64,000 bases of DNA from Trichosphaerium sp. ATCC 40318 (Eukaryota > Protista > Tubulinea), in contig JALMLS010000322.1 in the NCBI GenBank assembly GCA_038496445.1, positions 868,001 through 932,000 on the forward strand, given 5' to 3'. The position numbers and the translations under genes are program-made. The notes below the pieces were generated by a model. The model saw only the letters and a program-made list of their open reading frames with translations. It did no database searches and was not told the origin of the DNA. Below are positions 38,495-52,046 of the stretch, piece after piece (the stretch's first letter is position 1; the number at the start of each line of letters is the position of its first letter).

Positions 38495-40478
38495 ATGCGT
38501 AGTAGTTTAGTACTATGCCTTATATTTACAATACAAGCCACAGCACTAACAATAATCCAACCATCACGTTTTTCGGGTCAGGCACGTGATAAATAACGCA
38601 AACTCGGCGTAGGAAGCAATTCCGTGCACTTTCAAACGAGTTTTATTTACATTAGCTAAGAACATTTAACAGTCTTATAACGCGCCCCGTGTACCGTTCA
38701 TTGGTGGCACAGACTTTTCTAACAGCACGTGGGTAGTGGAGTTAGTATCAGAGAAGTCCCTTAATGTAACGGGAAGGTTCGTGAGTGTTTGGATAAAACA
38801 CTGTTTTGTAAAGAAGGCAAATGCTGATCTCCTCCAAAGGATAGTTGTGGAGGCTGTAGATTCAGAATATGATGACGAACTACAAGACGATATTGCGTTA
38901 AAGATGCTAAGCCGAGGAGCTATTGGACTCATTACAATATTTAGAGTCACAAGTAAGATACATAACAACTTGTTTTTGCTTTTTTCTGGAAGAGTTTTGT
39001 TCTCGTGTAATCTCCATGTGTATTTTTATTTTTAACATATTTCACAATAAGCTTCTCTACCTGGATATGGAGCATTTTTAATCACTAACAGAGATCTATC
39101 GTCAACAATCGGGAAGTAAGAAAAACCCATCACGACATTTCACGAATTTTTTTGTGTAACTGTTTTTTTTTTCAAAAGGTTCCCTGGTTTTGAGATAAGT
39201 CTTCCAGCAGCAAAGGAAATTGAACGTATTATGAATGCTATGACGTCTAATGAAACGCTGATAGTTGAGATTGGGTTGAACGGTACGACGAGATTGTTAG
39301 AGCTTATTCTAACAAGCACACAAGAGCATAACACTTGGGAAGACTACCTAGGTAACAACGCTTTTATGGTACCCTTTTCTTTGATCATTGGTGGCTCTGC
39401 TTGGATCGCACTTGCTTATGGTGTATATAAGATACTTGCCATAGCTAAGGTTTCTGTATGTTATCGGACTTTTTGGGATATTTTTTTACTGACTCTTTCG
39501 TCTCAAAAAGGGGTTCCGCGTTAACATTGGTATGATCACAATAGCCCTTAATATTATAGGTAATTTTATTCGGGCAATATACTGTACAGTTGATCCTATT
39601 TGGAGCAGGTATAACTTGTGCACTTTACTTTTCTTGACATTGGTATTAATAGGCGGATTATCACGTGGATTCCAGCAAATATTCTTGTCACTCTATCTTA
39701 TCCTTTCGCTATAATGACAACAATGTTGATTGCTTTATATTGGTAAAATACGAAGGTGCTTTGAATATACCTACTCATACTTCATTACAGGCATGAACTA
39801 ACAACACAATCAAGTGTAAAAATATTGCCATTTCTTGGAAGATTCAAGATACCTTTCTTCATCTTTTGTCCTGTTATTCTCGTTCTGGATATAATAACCA
39901 GTACACTTCGTAGCCTAAAGGTATGTACTTGTCACTTCAAAGTTATGAACGCTTATATTCAGTTTTAGATACAGCAAGTTCTTTTCCTGTTTGTGTCAGC
40001 GTTAGTATATTTTTTTGTAAGTTCACTGTTCTTGCTGGTATTCTTTTACAGCGGATACAAAGTATTCAGAATGTTGCGATTCTTAAAGAAGGATTCTAAT
40101 CCAATGACAAGTAGGTTAATAAAGGTATGTAGACTTTCTGTGTACAGAAGGATATTTACTTTTTTTAAGGCAACAGGATTCATTATAGCTAGTGGCGTTT
40201 TTCAAATGATTGCTGTTCTTTCTGTTGGTGCTGGATTTGCAACTTCTTTAGCGTATAAACACCCTTTCAGCTACATATTCACTTGGGCTATTGTCTATAT
40301 GAGTCTAACTGTGTCAAGGTAAGCTACCCACATGTAAAAAAAAGAGCACTAATTATAGAATAGTATTTGCCAAATTGCTGCTTTTAAGGTTCCTTCAAGT
40401 GCAGGCAATAACAAACATTCACGAGATAATATTACAAAGTCCACAATGAGACTTGACTCTTCCAGGGAGGTAGCGTAG
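38495..40478 (+). CDS. Signal peptide + PA-like domain + multi-TM (GPCR-like) protein, copy 2
   Basis: Paralog of 3231-5195 with shared intron positions; EHNTWEDYLGNNAFMVPFSL identical in both. Confidence 0.78.
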
Positions 40479-40877
40479 CAATTCTTGTACATAAATGTAG
40501 ATTAAAATAAGTTTGGTTAAAATGGTATGACTAGTCAGTTTAAAATGGATGTATGCCTTACTGCTAAAAGTTGGACGTAAACATTTGTCAACAAAGATGC
40601 CATCTTGGGATGACTAGGGCTCAAAGTTTACTTTCAATCGATCAACAACTTTAACGATGAAGTGGCTCAAATGTAGGGAAGTGGTCTTGACCGCCTTTTG
40701 GCGTAGCTGTAAGCTAGACTTCCTTATACAATTGTAGTTAATTAACTATCTATTAAAATTGACTTACAAAGCACGTGCAGCAGTGACAACACCCAAGTAT
40801 GCTCATGTGCCTTAAGTACATTGTATAAGTACCTTAATGGAGTACTCAAACGTAACTCTTTCCAGCACCCACAAATC

Positions 40878-41858
40878 ATGAACTTCTCAGGCGTTTCTGT
40901 TGAACAGGTGCTCACATACTTTTACGAGAACCACAGCAAAGCTTTTAGTAAAATTACAAACGAACAACGTGAACCGTTCATAAAACAAGTAGAAAGTATC
41001 GTAAATGTATCAAATACAAGTCTTGTAAATCAACTCGAACAGCTTCTGTTCAAACATACGAACACTAAAGCTGTTGATAATACCAAGCATCTGGACGAAG
41101 CGTATTACAAGGGGGTTACTGTTTCTAAACACAAGAAAACAACAAGGTAAGATATTTACTATTTTTACGCGCTTTGTTTTACTTATATGAATGCTAGTTC
41201 ACACGTGACCAAACTTAATATTGTTGATATCCCACCAGAGGTTATTGCGAATATTCTTCATCGTACAGAAGCCAATGATAGATTCTCTGTTGCTCAGTCA
41301 TGTCATTTGATGGCTGATATCATTCATGATGTTGTTGGATACAAACGAGTTTATCTCAAGTCTATTGCAGCTATTTTAAAGATACAACAATATAAGGGTA
41401 TAAAGAACAATAGTATTGTTAAGCTAGAAAAGATAACAAAAATGAAAGATACAATACACTCACTGCTTGCTGGTTGTAGAAAGATTAATGTGAGAACAAA
41501 GTTTGCATCACAAATCACAAATGTTGATCTGAAACAGCTTTCTGGTGTTCATACAATCAGTCTGAAATATTGTCCTAGAATCAGAGATGAAGGAATTAAA
41601 GCACTCAAAGGTGTTCATACTATAACTATTGAAAACAATCATCGTATCACTGATGAAGGGATTAAAGCGCTCAAAGGTGTTCATTCAATTCGTTTGATAA
41701 ATTGTGATAGAATCACTGATGATGGTATTAAAGCACTCAAAGGTGTTCATTCAATTGTGTTTATTCGCCTACGTAATATTACAAAAGCAGGAATTAAAGC
41801 CCTCAAAGGTGCTCAGAACATTCGAATTATTAACTGTCACCACCTTAGTGACACATAA
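40878..41858 (+). CDS. F-box + short-LRR protein with N-terminal helical exon
   Basis: Exon 1 MNFSGVSVEQ.., phase-2 intron, then F-box IVDIPPEVIANIL and GIKALKGVH repeats; frameshift in the last repeat. Confidence 0.85.
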
Positions 41859-42325
41859 AGGAATTAAAGCACTTGAAGATCTGAAACCTTTCAGGTAATA
41901 CTGATTTTAGATCTGTAAACACTGACAACGTATGGGAGTTCTATTTGTATGTAGACTATGAGCTATTAGTTATACCCAGATCACTATTGCTACAACCTAA
42001 AAACATGTCCACCTAATAAATACTGTAGTTCTACAAACCTTTAAAAGAACTGTAATGTAGTACTTTAAAAGCACGTGCAAATGCTGTTGTATGTTGTGCT
42101 TCTACTATAAACGTCATGTATTGGTGCTCTTCAATTAACTCCAGAGCTCGCTTATCTTATTGTAGACTGTGTGCGCTCGAAGTGGCGTCAACAATATTTG
42201 GTTGAAGAACTAAAACGTTTAATGATATGTATGCAACGTTATCTCGCCCTTTAACGTTTCATCGACATTTGTAGTTGTTGTTAAGCTAAGTACAACTTAA
42301 ATTCATTAATTGTTGCTCTGTTGCG

Positions 42326-43633
42326 ATGGCTAGTATACAATATGACGGTACAACTTCTTGTTTTACTGAAACGATACCAACAGAGCTCATTATTTACGTT
42401 TTTGAGTATACTCCAAATAAAACACGATATCCGGTTGCTCAGACGTGCTGGCTGTTCTACAATATTATTCACAGACACGTTGGTTATGGTAAAATCGAGA
42501 TAAGGTCTTCAGAGTCCATAAAGCGTTTAATCAACCATAAATTGCTTTTAAACAATACGCTTGTATCAATCCAGAAGTACAAGGGTACAGACGAAGAATT
42601 ATTTTCGCTGGCAGGAGTTAAAAAATTATCAATGTGGGGATCAACAGTGAATGACAAGTGCCTTGAGGCACTTGCTGGCGTTATGGAAATAAAGCTATAC
42701 ATGTGTCCATGTATCACAGATGAAGGTATTCAATTCTTGTCAGGTGTACATACGATAGAAATGAGCTTCATGAGGCAGTTGACAGATAAGTCAATGGAAG
42801 CTATTTCAGGTGCTTACAAAGTAAATATTTCATTATGTAATAAGATCACTGATGAAGGATTAAAATCACTTGCCGGTGTTCATTGGATAAATATCAGTTA
42901 TTGTAAAGTCACTGATAATGGTGTAAAATCACTTGCTGGAGCTCATACAATAATAATGGCGAGTTGTGATAATATTGATGGGTCTTGTTTTTCGCATTTG
43001 GTTAAAGCTAAAAACAGAAAAGGTGACATGTGTCTTCACAAGATAGAGATTTCTGGTTGTGAGAGAGTTATTCTTGATCATGTAAAACATTTATCTGGTG
43101 TACATACTGTCAAATTATCTTACTTGAAGGTTAAAGATGAAGATATCATACCTCTTGTTGGTGTAAGCGAACTTGTATTGAATTGGTGTAAAAACCTCAG
43201 TGTAGCTTCTTTCTTATCTTTTTCTGGTATTCACACCATCCATCTACAAGGGTTAGTCATACAAGACTCATGGCTTGAATCTTTATCAGGGGTACATAAG
43301 ATAGACTTGAGCTATTGTAAAGGTGTAACTGAAAACGGATTGAAATCACTTGCAGGAGCACATACTATTCGCTTGACTGAGTGTAGCGATATCACAGATG
43401 AAGGTATCATTCACCTTGCTGGTGTACACAAGATATGGTTGTGTGAATGTGTCAAGATAACAGATAGAGGTGTTAAGGCTCTAGTAGGTGTTCATACAGT
43501 AAGTCTACAAGGCTGTTCTCTTGTAACAGATGAAGGGATATCATTTCTTCAAGGAGCGTTTAGAATAATTATATGCCGTACAATGTGTACAACAGCCGCT
43601 GTAATTGCACTGGGTGCAACGCCACATTGGTAG
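42326..43633 (+). CDS. F-box + short-LRR (GVHTI) protein, intronless
   Basis: 435-aa ORF; TIPTELIIYVF..VAQTC; about 15 LRRs. Confidence 0.92.
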   Translation: MASIQYDGTTSCFTETIPTELIIYVFEYTPNKTRYPVAQTCWLFYNIIHRHVGYGKIEIRSSESIKRLINHKLLLNNTLVSIQKYKGTDEELFSLAGVKKLSMWGSTVNDKCLEALAGVMEIKLYMCPCITDEGIQFLSGVHTIEMSFMRQLTDKSMEAISGAYKVNISLCNKITDEGLKSLAGVHWINISYCKVTDNGVKSLAGAHTIIMASCDNIDGSCFSHLVKAKNRKGDMCLHKIEISGCERVILDHVKHLSGVHTVKLSYLKVKDEDIIPLVGVSELVLNWCKNLSVASFLSFSGIHTIHLQGLVIQDSWLESLSGVHKIDLSYCKGVTENGLKSLAGAHTIRLTECSDITDEGIIHLAGVHKIWLCECVKITDRGVKALVGVHTVSLQGCSLVTDEGISFLQGAFRIIICRTMCTTAAVIALGATPHW

Positions 43634-44277
43634 GTTTTTTAATCTACCTGCTCGAAAAAAAACATATGAAATGCACAACACTGTAGATACTTCGTTGTTC
43701 ATTTAGACACACCAATGAACGATAATAAATACCTGTAGGTGATCAGCCGCTATGTGGTACATATAATTAGCAGTACAATTGTTTCAAAAGAATAAAAGCG
43801 CATACACGTGAACAAACGTTTTCAAAAGTCACTTGAGTTTTGATTGTTTTCTCGTTTATGATGCACGGCGATCTATTCAATAAACAACTTACAACGAATG
43901 AATAACTACTCTGTAGTACTGTTGTTATTGCAATTGTTGCTTTGATAGCATCAACTTGGCTGTTTCTTTGTATTTGTATTTATCGTGTCTTGAAAGTACT
44001 GTTGATGCGATTACTTCTTTATTTGGCTGTTTCTTACTTTAGGCCCTTGTTCTTGATGCCAAGAATATGTAAGTTGTGTGCCATGTAGCTCTTGCTCAAC
44101 GTGCACCTTATGGGTTCCATGGATTATGGGTTTCTAAGGCTCAACTAAACATTCAACGCGCTAAATTATAAAAAAAAAATAAAAGATTACATTAACAAAG
44201 AGCAAACAGCCTTCAAGATACTATTACTAGATAAGTTCTATTTTATTGAATAAACAGTTCGAGTGATATCATACTTT

Positions 44278-45488
44278 CTAAGCAACTTTGATGCTCTTAA
44301 TCAACGCAACAAAAGGCTTCATAAATACAGTAACAAACACATCCTTTGTTGTACCATCTTCGGCTGTAGCCTTCAACTTGACATCCAAAGTAAACCCGTC
44401 GGAACACTTTTCTGGTACAACGAGCTCATCCTTCTTATGCTCATGAGAAAAATCCATCCCAGCTAATGGATCCAAAGCCGCCTTAGCTTCATCAGCACCC
44501 ATCATGGAGTTGTTGATGTACTCTTCCGTGAATAAATTTAGCCAGTATTTAGCGAAGTTGGCATAAATTAGGACTGGAGTTGGTTGAGTATACATTCCAC
44601 CGACTTGGGAGCTTTTGAATTGGAAAGATGTGAGCTTATCATTAATCCAAGAGCAAGCAACAACCATGGTTCCCTTTTCGAACTTGTAGCTTCTGGTTGA
44701 ACCTCTTATTTTCTGTCCCATTGCATACTGAATACTCTCTTGCACTGTACCCATAGTACTTCCTTTAAGAGGTCCATAATGTTTCAAAATAGCATGACGC
44801 ATATGAAGCAATCCAGGTCTTGATACTAGGTTTCTAAGAGCAGGAATCATCTCATCGAAGAGAGGACTCAATTTTTCGGAGAGTATAGGCACAATGACGT
44901 GGGTTTCGATCTTTGTCTTGCTTGATTTCAGAATAGCTATCTCGGTCTTTGAGACTGTTACTTTAATGTCTCCGCTGATGTCTTTATCCTTTTCTGAGCG
45001 TGGTGCGAGGGTTAAAGTCATTTCTTGCTTTTCGTAGGTTAGAGCTGACGCTTTAATGGATGTTGTTCCCAAGAAGTCCTTACCAAACAAATCTTTGTCC
45101 CTACACATGTGCTTTAGAGAAAAAGTCTAAAAAAGGAGATATTGCTAGAACATACCAGACTTCTAAAATAAGATCATCTGATGGTGTAGCGTGGACTGAC
45201 CATGTTGTCTCCCATTTTGGGTTCAAATCCTGCTTGATAACCTATTTCGGATTAGAATAGCACAACAAAGCAAGAAATAGAGATGAAAGCGTGTAAAAAA
45301 GGCTGTATTGATGGTTTTCGGAAGTTTGAGGTTTTTAAAAAAAGGTAATAGCTTACTTGAGATTTAAACCAGTGTTTCTTATCGGAGGCAAGGTAACATA
45401 TCATAAAAGGGTCCGAAGAACCAGATTTATCAGCTACTTTAAGATTATTTCCGCTGTGAATTTCTACTGTTGCTTGAAACGCGCTCAT
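44278..45488 (-). CDS. C2-domain protein
   Basis: VEIHSGNNLKVADKSGSSDPF..DLNPKW..DKDLFGKDFLG; unknown C-terminal domain. Confidence 0.88.
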
Positions 45489-47353
45489 GTTGCTATGAAA
45501 GTATTTGTTGTTTGTTGTGGTTGTCTTGATGATTAAATCATGATTTTTTTGAACTTTCCATCACGTGAATTTTTTAGCGCTCAACTTTGGTTCGCGTTTT
45601 TGAATTTTTTCACTGAAATTGTCAATGCACCTGGTGGTTCATGTTGAATGCAAAAAAGTTCACGTATGTAGAGGTTTGAACATGTTTTCGTTATTAAACC
45701 ACCACTAGACGTAAAAAAGGCGTCCAGACTCACAAAAGCAGGAAACACGTGGCTTTTAGAATGCAAGTATCTGTACGCTTCCGTATGCATTAAAAGAGTA
45801 CCTTGCGGGCGTTTTGACGGTTGTTGAAGTTGTTCAAATGGTTTCTGCGCTCAATTACTACTAGTAATTTCCTACAGTAAGTAGGACTTCAAGCCAGAAC
45901 ACTCAAATGAGTGTCCATCGGCCTCTGAATGCAAGCAAGATTTCTGAAAAAATTGTTTTTATTTCAGTACAGTTGATGCTTTGTTTGCTTCCATGAACCC
46001 ATCCTTGAGAAATACGTCCCCAGAAACTCATATAAGGGCTAGAAGGAGTAGATTAGCTATCGTGTGAAGAATTATTGTGCTTTTGACTCACTATAACAAC
46101 AAAAAAACCACTGTCGGTCTCGTGCAAAATAAAGCAGGAAAAAAGTAGCGTACTTGTTGTTGGTGGTTCAATAGGTGCTTCCTCAGATGAAGAAATAGGT
46201 AAATAAGAACATCTATCAACATGCTTCACAAGTGCCAAGGTAATATGACTTGGTTCATCCGCTGAGCTCCTAAGAAAAATAAGATATTTAGAAAAAAAGC
46301 TTGGAAAGAGGTGTCGACATTTCGAATAGGACCAAAGGGTTTAGGTGCCTCTTTTATGTGATAATATTCCGGTCAATGTATTATTGCTAAGTGTGATATC
46401 ACTAGAATCGCCATATGTAAGGATACCAAAGAGTACTTTTGCTCTCTAGTAGCATCTTAGTGTATTCTTCTGTAAATGAGGTTTATAAAAAGCAATCTCA
46501 ATTGGATCCAGCTAGAGCGTACTATTAACCCAGAAAAACCATAACACAATTCAATAGGTGTACGAAAATTTAATTAATAAGTTTTTAGGCAAGCTTGCTG
46601 TTGACGGAACTGAACAAATAGCTAAAATTGTACAATGATTTCGAAAAAAAAAAGAAAAAAATGAGAGTAAGCACCGTACCTTTGACTTTGCTTAGAATCT
46701 ATTACCTCTTTCATCAAGCCATCTAGAGAATGAGCACTAAATACTAAGGAGAGATATTTTATATCAAACCAACATATCACAATATAGTAGTATAATTAAG
46801 TTTCCAACAGTATAAACAAAGAACCTAGAGGAAGAATTATGAGAAAAACGAGAGCAAAAACTTTCGGAATTTCCTCTTGAAATAAGTACGCTTAGAGTTA
46901 TCATTGCCGTGAGGCAGTTGTTGGCATCAGTTGTGTTATTTCGAAAAATCGTTTTAAATCGTTTGTTTTAGACGTGCTTTGTTCGCCTGCTGGCTTCTTG
47001 ATGGCTTTTATGCATGAGTCTCTGTTTTGAAGTTTCTTATCAATGAGCTACTTATTATGTGTGCACCGTGGCTAGCTAGTTCAGTCTTGCAAGACTATGT
47101 GGTTCTCGCAAATCCAGGTTGAAAAACTAGTTCTCTTTTCAAATTGTTATTGCTTCATACATCCTATGTTTAAAGTCTACAACTCAATCGTTGACAATTT
47201 TATTTTGGTGTAATGGTCTACTAACCATCTTTACTATTATTCAAATCTGCTCAATCTGATCTGGTACACAAGATGAAAGTCAGAAAATTCGCAGAAAAGT
47301 TGCTGATTTTTCTTTGCTTTGTTAATTCTTTCATTTCGTTTTACACTAACATC

Positions 47354-47995
47354 ATGAGCAACACAGGAGGCAAACTTTGGTCTAGGTACAATAAGTATTA
47401 TAAAGACAGGGGTTCAGAATATGAGGTTGTATTCGCTTCTATCACGAAACAATACAACATTAAATCAGCGCTGTATCCTGGAAGTTATGTCCACATTACA
47501 CCTTCATTCGTTATCCCAAAAGTCGTTTATGTCGATAACGACAAGAACGCAAAGGCGTTTTTTAAGTGTATGTCACGTGTAAAACAAATGGTAAACACTC
47601 GTAAGATATACGATAAAGAACCGTCAGTTGATTTCTATGGTCAAGATTACAATTCGAGTCTTCCACTTGCTCCAAACTCATTCGATTTACTCGTCTCTCT
47701 GTACGCTGGAGTAATCTCACAGCCATGCAAACAGTACCTCAGTGTAGGTGGAATGCTCCTAGTTAACAACAGTCATGCTGATGCTGGTGTGGCAAGCTTG
47801 GATGAGGATTTTGAACTAGTCGCTGTTTTGAACAGAAATAGAAAGAAGCCGATTTCAACAGCAAATCTTGGCAAGTATTTCCAACCCAAGTCAGCTAGAA
47901 ACGAAGACTTATCAATAGAGGATTTGATAAAGTCAGGAAAGGGAATACAATACAGTCACACTGCTGACTTTTACCTCTTCAAGAGAATAAAATAA
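47354..47995 (+). CDS. Intronless class I SAM-methyltransferase-like protein of prokaryotic appearance
   Basis: ALYPGSYVHITPSFVIPKVVYVD, FDLLVSLYAG, YLSVGGMLLVNNSH. Confidence 0.75.
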   Translation: MSNTGGKLWSRYNKYYKDRGSEYEVVFASITKQYNIKSALYPGSYVHITPSFVIPKVVYVDNDKNAKAFFKCMSRVKQMVNTRKIYDKEPSVDFYGQDYNSSLPLAPNSFDLLVSLYAGVISQPCKQYLSVGGMLLVNNSHADAGVASLDEDFELVAVLNRNRKKPISTANLGKYFQPKSARNEDLSIEDLIKSGKGIQYSHTADFYLFKRIK

Positions 47996-48319
47996 TCCAA
48001 AAAAAAAATTAATAAAACCACGTGTTTCCTAACCATCTGTTTGCTTTGAAATACTTTTCGTTGCATGTATAATACTTGTATACATTTTGAAAATAATGTA
48101 GAGGTAAAGGAATTGTATAAAGAAGTCTAGAATCCCAAAAACAAAGGAAGAAATTAAAACTTGAACAATTTTTTTCGCATGTTTTGCTGTTCGTCCGATC
48201 TGATTTAGATTAAAAGTACTTTTTCAGGCTTTATTATTAACATTGAAAGGATTCCGTACAAGCTAGCGTATTTTTTTTACTCTACTCTGTCTGGTTCATG
48301 TAATGCGCGATATTAATAT

Positions 48320-48896
48320 TCAGTAGTGCGTTTGGTACGTTGTAGTCGTGTGAGTGTAGCTAGGTGGAGGAGGTGGCTAGGTTTACAAGTAAGTACTTGA
48401 AATGGCTTGTTTTAACTTAAAAATATAACCAAGCGCTACGACTCTCCGGCGTTTTAGCGTAGGAGGTGTTGAGATGAACGAAGTTAGGTTCAGGAAATAG
48501 AATTACCTGTTGGTATGTTGTGTAGGTTGTAGTAGTTTGCTGTGGTGGGTATACCATTGGTGGAGGCACATGGTGTACGGCTGGAGGCATTGTAGGCATT
48601 GGTGGAGGAATCGTTGTGTTCATCCCGTAAGTCTACGGAGGGAGTTAATAAATCGATAATTACGTAATTTGTGAGGTAACGGGTATTTTATGGGTACTTA
48701 CAACAGTTTGCATTGGCGGTTGCATTACTGGTGGTCCTTGCGTGGTTACAACGTGACCTGTTGGTGTTATTGTTGTAGTTCCGTAAGGATTATGAGGTGG
48801 AGCGCTGTAAACTGTAGTAGTTTGCATTGGCGGTTGAATTACTGGTGGTCCAACAACGTTTGTAGTATAAGTAGTAGTCGTGTGTTGATTGTACAT
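48320..48896 (-). CDS. Pro/Thr/Tyr-rich low-complexity protein
   Basis: Three exons; internal ~32-bp duplication encoding GPPVxQPPMQT; ends PPPPPSYTHTTTTYQTHY*. Confidence 0.7.
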
Positions 48897-49157
48897 GGTT
48901 GTAGCGTTTTTTGATAGTTTTGTTGACGTGTTTGGACGTTGTGTGCTTTTTTTTCACGCAATTTCACTTGCAGACATTTCTAGCTCTAAACCACGGTTTG
49001 TTATGACCAACAACGAGGGTTTATAACGTTCGCTGTTGAATTCATTTCTCTGTTATTTGTATTTAGACGCTAACAAGACGTTACCATTTGTTACTTATTG
49101 ATAAATTAACGCACTTGCACCGCTTTAAACTGAGTTGGCGCGAAATAACGTTACCTA

Positions 49158-51671
49158 ATGCGTTATTATGTATATAATGGTGTGAGACGCCCAGCCGTAT
49201 TAGGTACAGTGTTTTTATTGCGTTAAAAGGCGTTTGGTGTTGTTTTAAGAAACTGTTAACGAATCAAAGAACACTGTGACGCCGAAAAGGCTGTATTTGA
49301 GGACCTGGCTGCTAGAAAACGGATAAAAATCCTTGACGATTGGTATCAGCTCAAACGTAAAGATGTCTCAGCGTTTAAAGCATCAATCATACTGTCCAAG
49401 TGCGTATATGGCTGTAAAGCGCTATTCAATTAAAAAGAAACTCAACGGTTGTTCTCATTTAATAGATATGGGGATATGCAACAAACGCTGTCTATGTTAT
49501 ACCCAAAGCACGAATGGTTCGCTTGGAAGTTCGCGTAAGTGATTTTTTTGCATTTTTTTGAAAAATCTGTTTCCTCGCTTGTCACTTTCTTAAAATTGTT
49601 ATTGTTTTATAGAATAACGCCACAAGGATGCCTTGATGATAAATATAATCAGTTACTCAAAGTTAATGACATTGCAAGAAAAACAAATGTCAAAGTTTTA
49701 GAAGATTGGTACACAACGACATGGCAAAGTTTTTTTGATTCTGGTGGTGGATCAATATTATTAAAGTACGTGTTAACTGTTGATGGGATTTTTAAATGTG
49801 TACCTTTTTCTCAGTGAAGTTGAAACAACATTACTTTCTTGACTTTTTGTGGATAATTTTTTTTTTGTTTGGATAAATTGACTGATTGGTTGGCTTGACT
49901 GAACAGCTTGATTATTGATATCATATTTTTTGTATAGTTGATGTATTGTTTATATTGTTTATAGGTATAATAATTCTGTACAAACACTTGTTACAGCTCT
50001 TTATCCTGATTATAATTGGTTACACTGGCGTTTTAATTATGATGATAAGAAGCATCGTCAAGCGCTTGATAACTTGAGTGAGAAATTAAATATAGCGACT
50101 TATGAAGGATGGTATTATATTAAACGTACTAATATACACCATCTGGGATTTGCAGGTTCTTTAGTACCGTACCACAAAAGGCAATACTTTTTTTGGTTTT
50201 GAAATATATTTGTTTTCTTGGCTGACTTTGTATCTTAGTAAGCTACCACCTTTAGCTCAAATGATTCCAGAAATGTATCCTGAACACGATTGGGAAGCTG
50301 GAAATTTTGGGTGAGCTTAAAATCACGTTTAAAGTCACGTGACGAAAGGTAGTTAACCAATAAGAAATAGGAAAAGAAGAGCTCTAGTTAAACTTATAAA
50401 ACGAGTCAAAAGCAAAAAGTACTTGGACAATAATGTCTTTTCTTTTGTTTAACCCTCTTTTAATTACTAAAAAAAACCGTATTAAATAGAGTTAAAAAAG
50501 TTATTATAAGGGCAGTAAAAGTGAAGATCAAGAAAGTGTTAAAGTATGTCACTTCTAGCACTTTTTTACTGAAAAAATCTCATTAATGTTCTTCAACTAG
50601 GACCAAACCTTCTGGGTACTGGCTCGACCTTGAAAACCTTAGGAGCTTCCTTGAGATTGCCAAAGTAAAGTTAAACATAAAATCACCTCTTGATTGGTAC
50701 GTGTGTTTGGTAGTATCAAAATCCATAAGGACGAACAATCGTTTGATGTTTTTCATATTTCTCACAAAAAAAAAAAGGTATCGAGTTTCAAAGCATCAAA
50801 TACGTAGTATTGGTGGAGGCGGTGCCGCTTTATATTGGCCAAGAATGTTACATACGGTATACCCTGAAACTTCTTGGAAAACAAATATACTTGTAAATAA
50901 AAACAAACGTTCCAGGTACGTGTTATTCCAGGCAACCTCTTACTAACTTTTTTTCCGAAACAGCCAAAGGTACTTTTATTAGTATACTTCTTATTTTTTT
51001 CTTACAAAAATAGATTGCTTGAAGAGCGTACTAGAGAAGTCCTAGGTATGCTTATTACACTACTTCTTGTTGGTGTATTTAATGTACTATTATAAGGACC
51101 TGTTGATATATATGAAGAGTATAAACTTGGAGCTAAACCGGCAATTGATATGCGATCTGTTCATCTTGATTTATTTGTTCCTGCTTTAAATTTAGCCTTG
51201 GAGTACCATGGCGAACAGCATTATGGTGATTAGTGAGTATTTTTCTAATAATTGATTGTATAAAGCTAATGTATGTTTAGCATGGGAAAGTATGGACCTG
51301 TTTCATTACAAGCACATAGGGACCTCGAAAAGCAAAGTATATGTCAGCAACAAGGTACTTTGTCTCTACAAACCTTCTCTTGTATACAGCTAATTTTTGT
51401 TGTATGTAGGTATTACGCTAGTATCTATTCCATATTGGTGGGATGGCAGTGCGTCTCAAGTTGCAGCTACAATAAAACGGCACAGGTGACAATCTTCTGT
51501 TTTATATTATTGTTTACTTCCTTCTGACTTTATTTTGAAAGGTCGGATATTAAATTGTATGTTGAGCCATCCGCCCAACCATTACGTGATAGAGAAACGG
51601 GTCATCTCATGCTAGATCGGATAAAGTCAAAGTTATATCATCCGCAGTATACGTCAGTGTTGATAAACTGA
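49158..51671 (+). CDS. Trp-rich ~70-aa repeat protein fused to a C-terminal PD-(D/E)XK/Vsr(RAP)-like endonuclease domain
   Basis: Four repeats (DWY..GG..LL.Y..S..L..YP...W..W.F), then HLDLFVPALNLALEYHGEQHY..RDLEKQSICQQQGITLVSIPYWWD; start approximate. Confidence 0.8.
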
Positions 51672-52046
51672 TTCTTCACCTGATGTTTAACATACCTGCT
51701 TCTTGATGATCATGAATTGACACGATAAAATTGGAGTGATTAAGAAACGCATGAAACTTGTGGGCAAGGAAGACTAACGAACAAAGATCTAAATTGAATG
51801 ATTCTGTTTTTTATCGTTTTCAGTTTTCTCACTTAAGCACGTGATTCGGAAAAATAAACAGCTGAATACATACTCCTAATAATCATTGCAAAAATTAATA
51901 ATGATTATGGTTTTTAAAGAAAGCTACAACTGTTGGAGGAGGTATTAAGATTAGACAAGGTTATTTCATTTATTCCAACTTGTACAAGAGAGTGAGTAGC
52001 ATCCATGAGCCAGTCAAAAGTCGCTTTGTATTTACACAGTTGTCGT

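Noticed and set aside
45950-46900. Possible multi-exon gene on the minus strand
   Set aside because: Splice-like signals are present, but no stop-free model could be assembled
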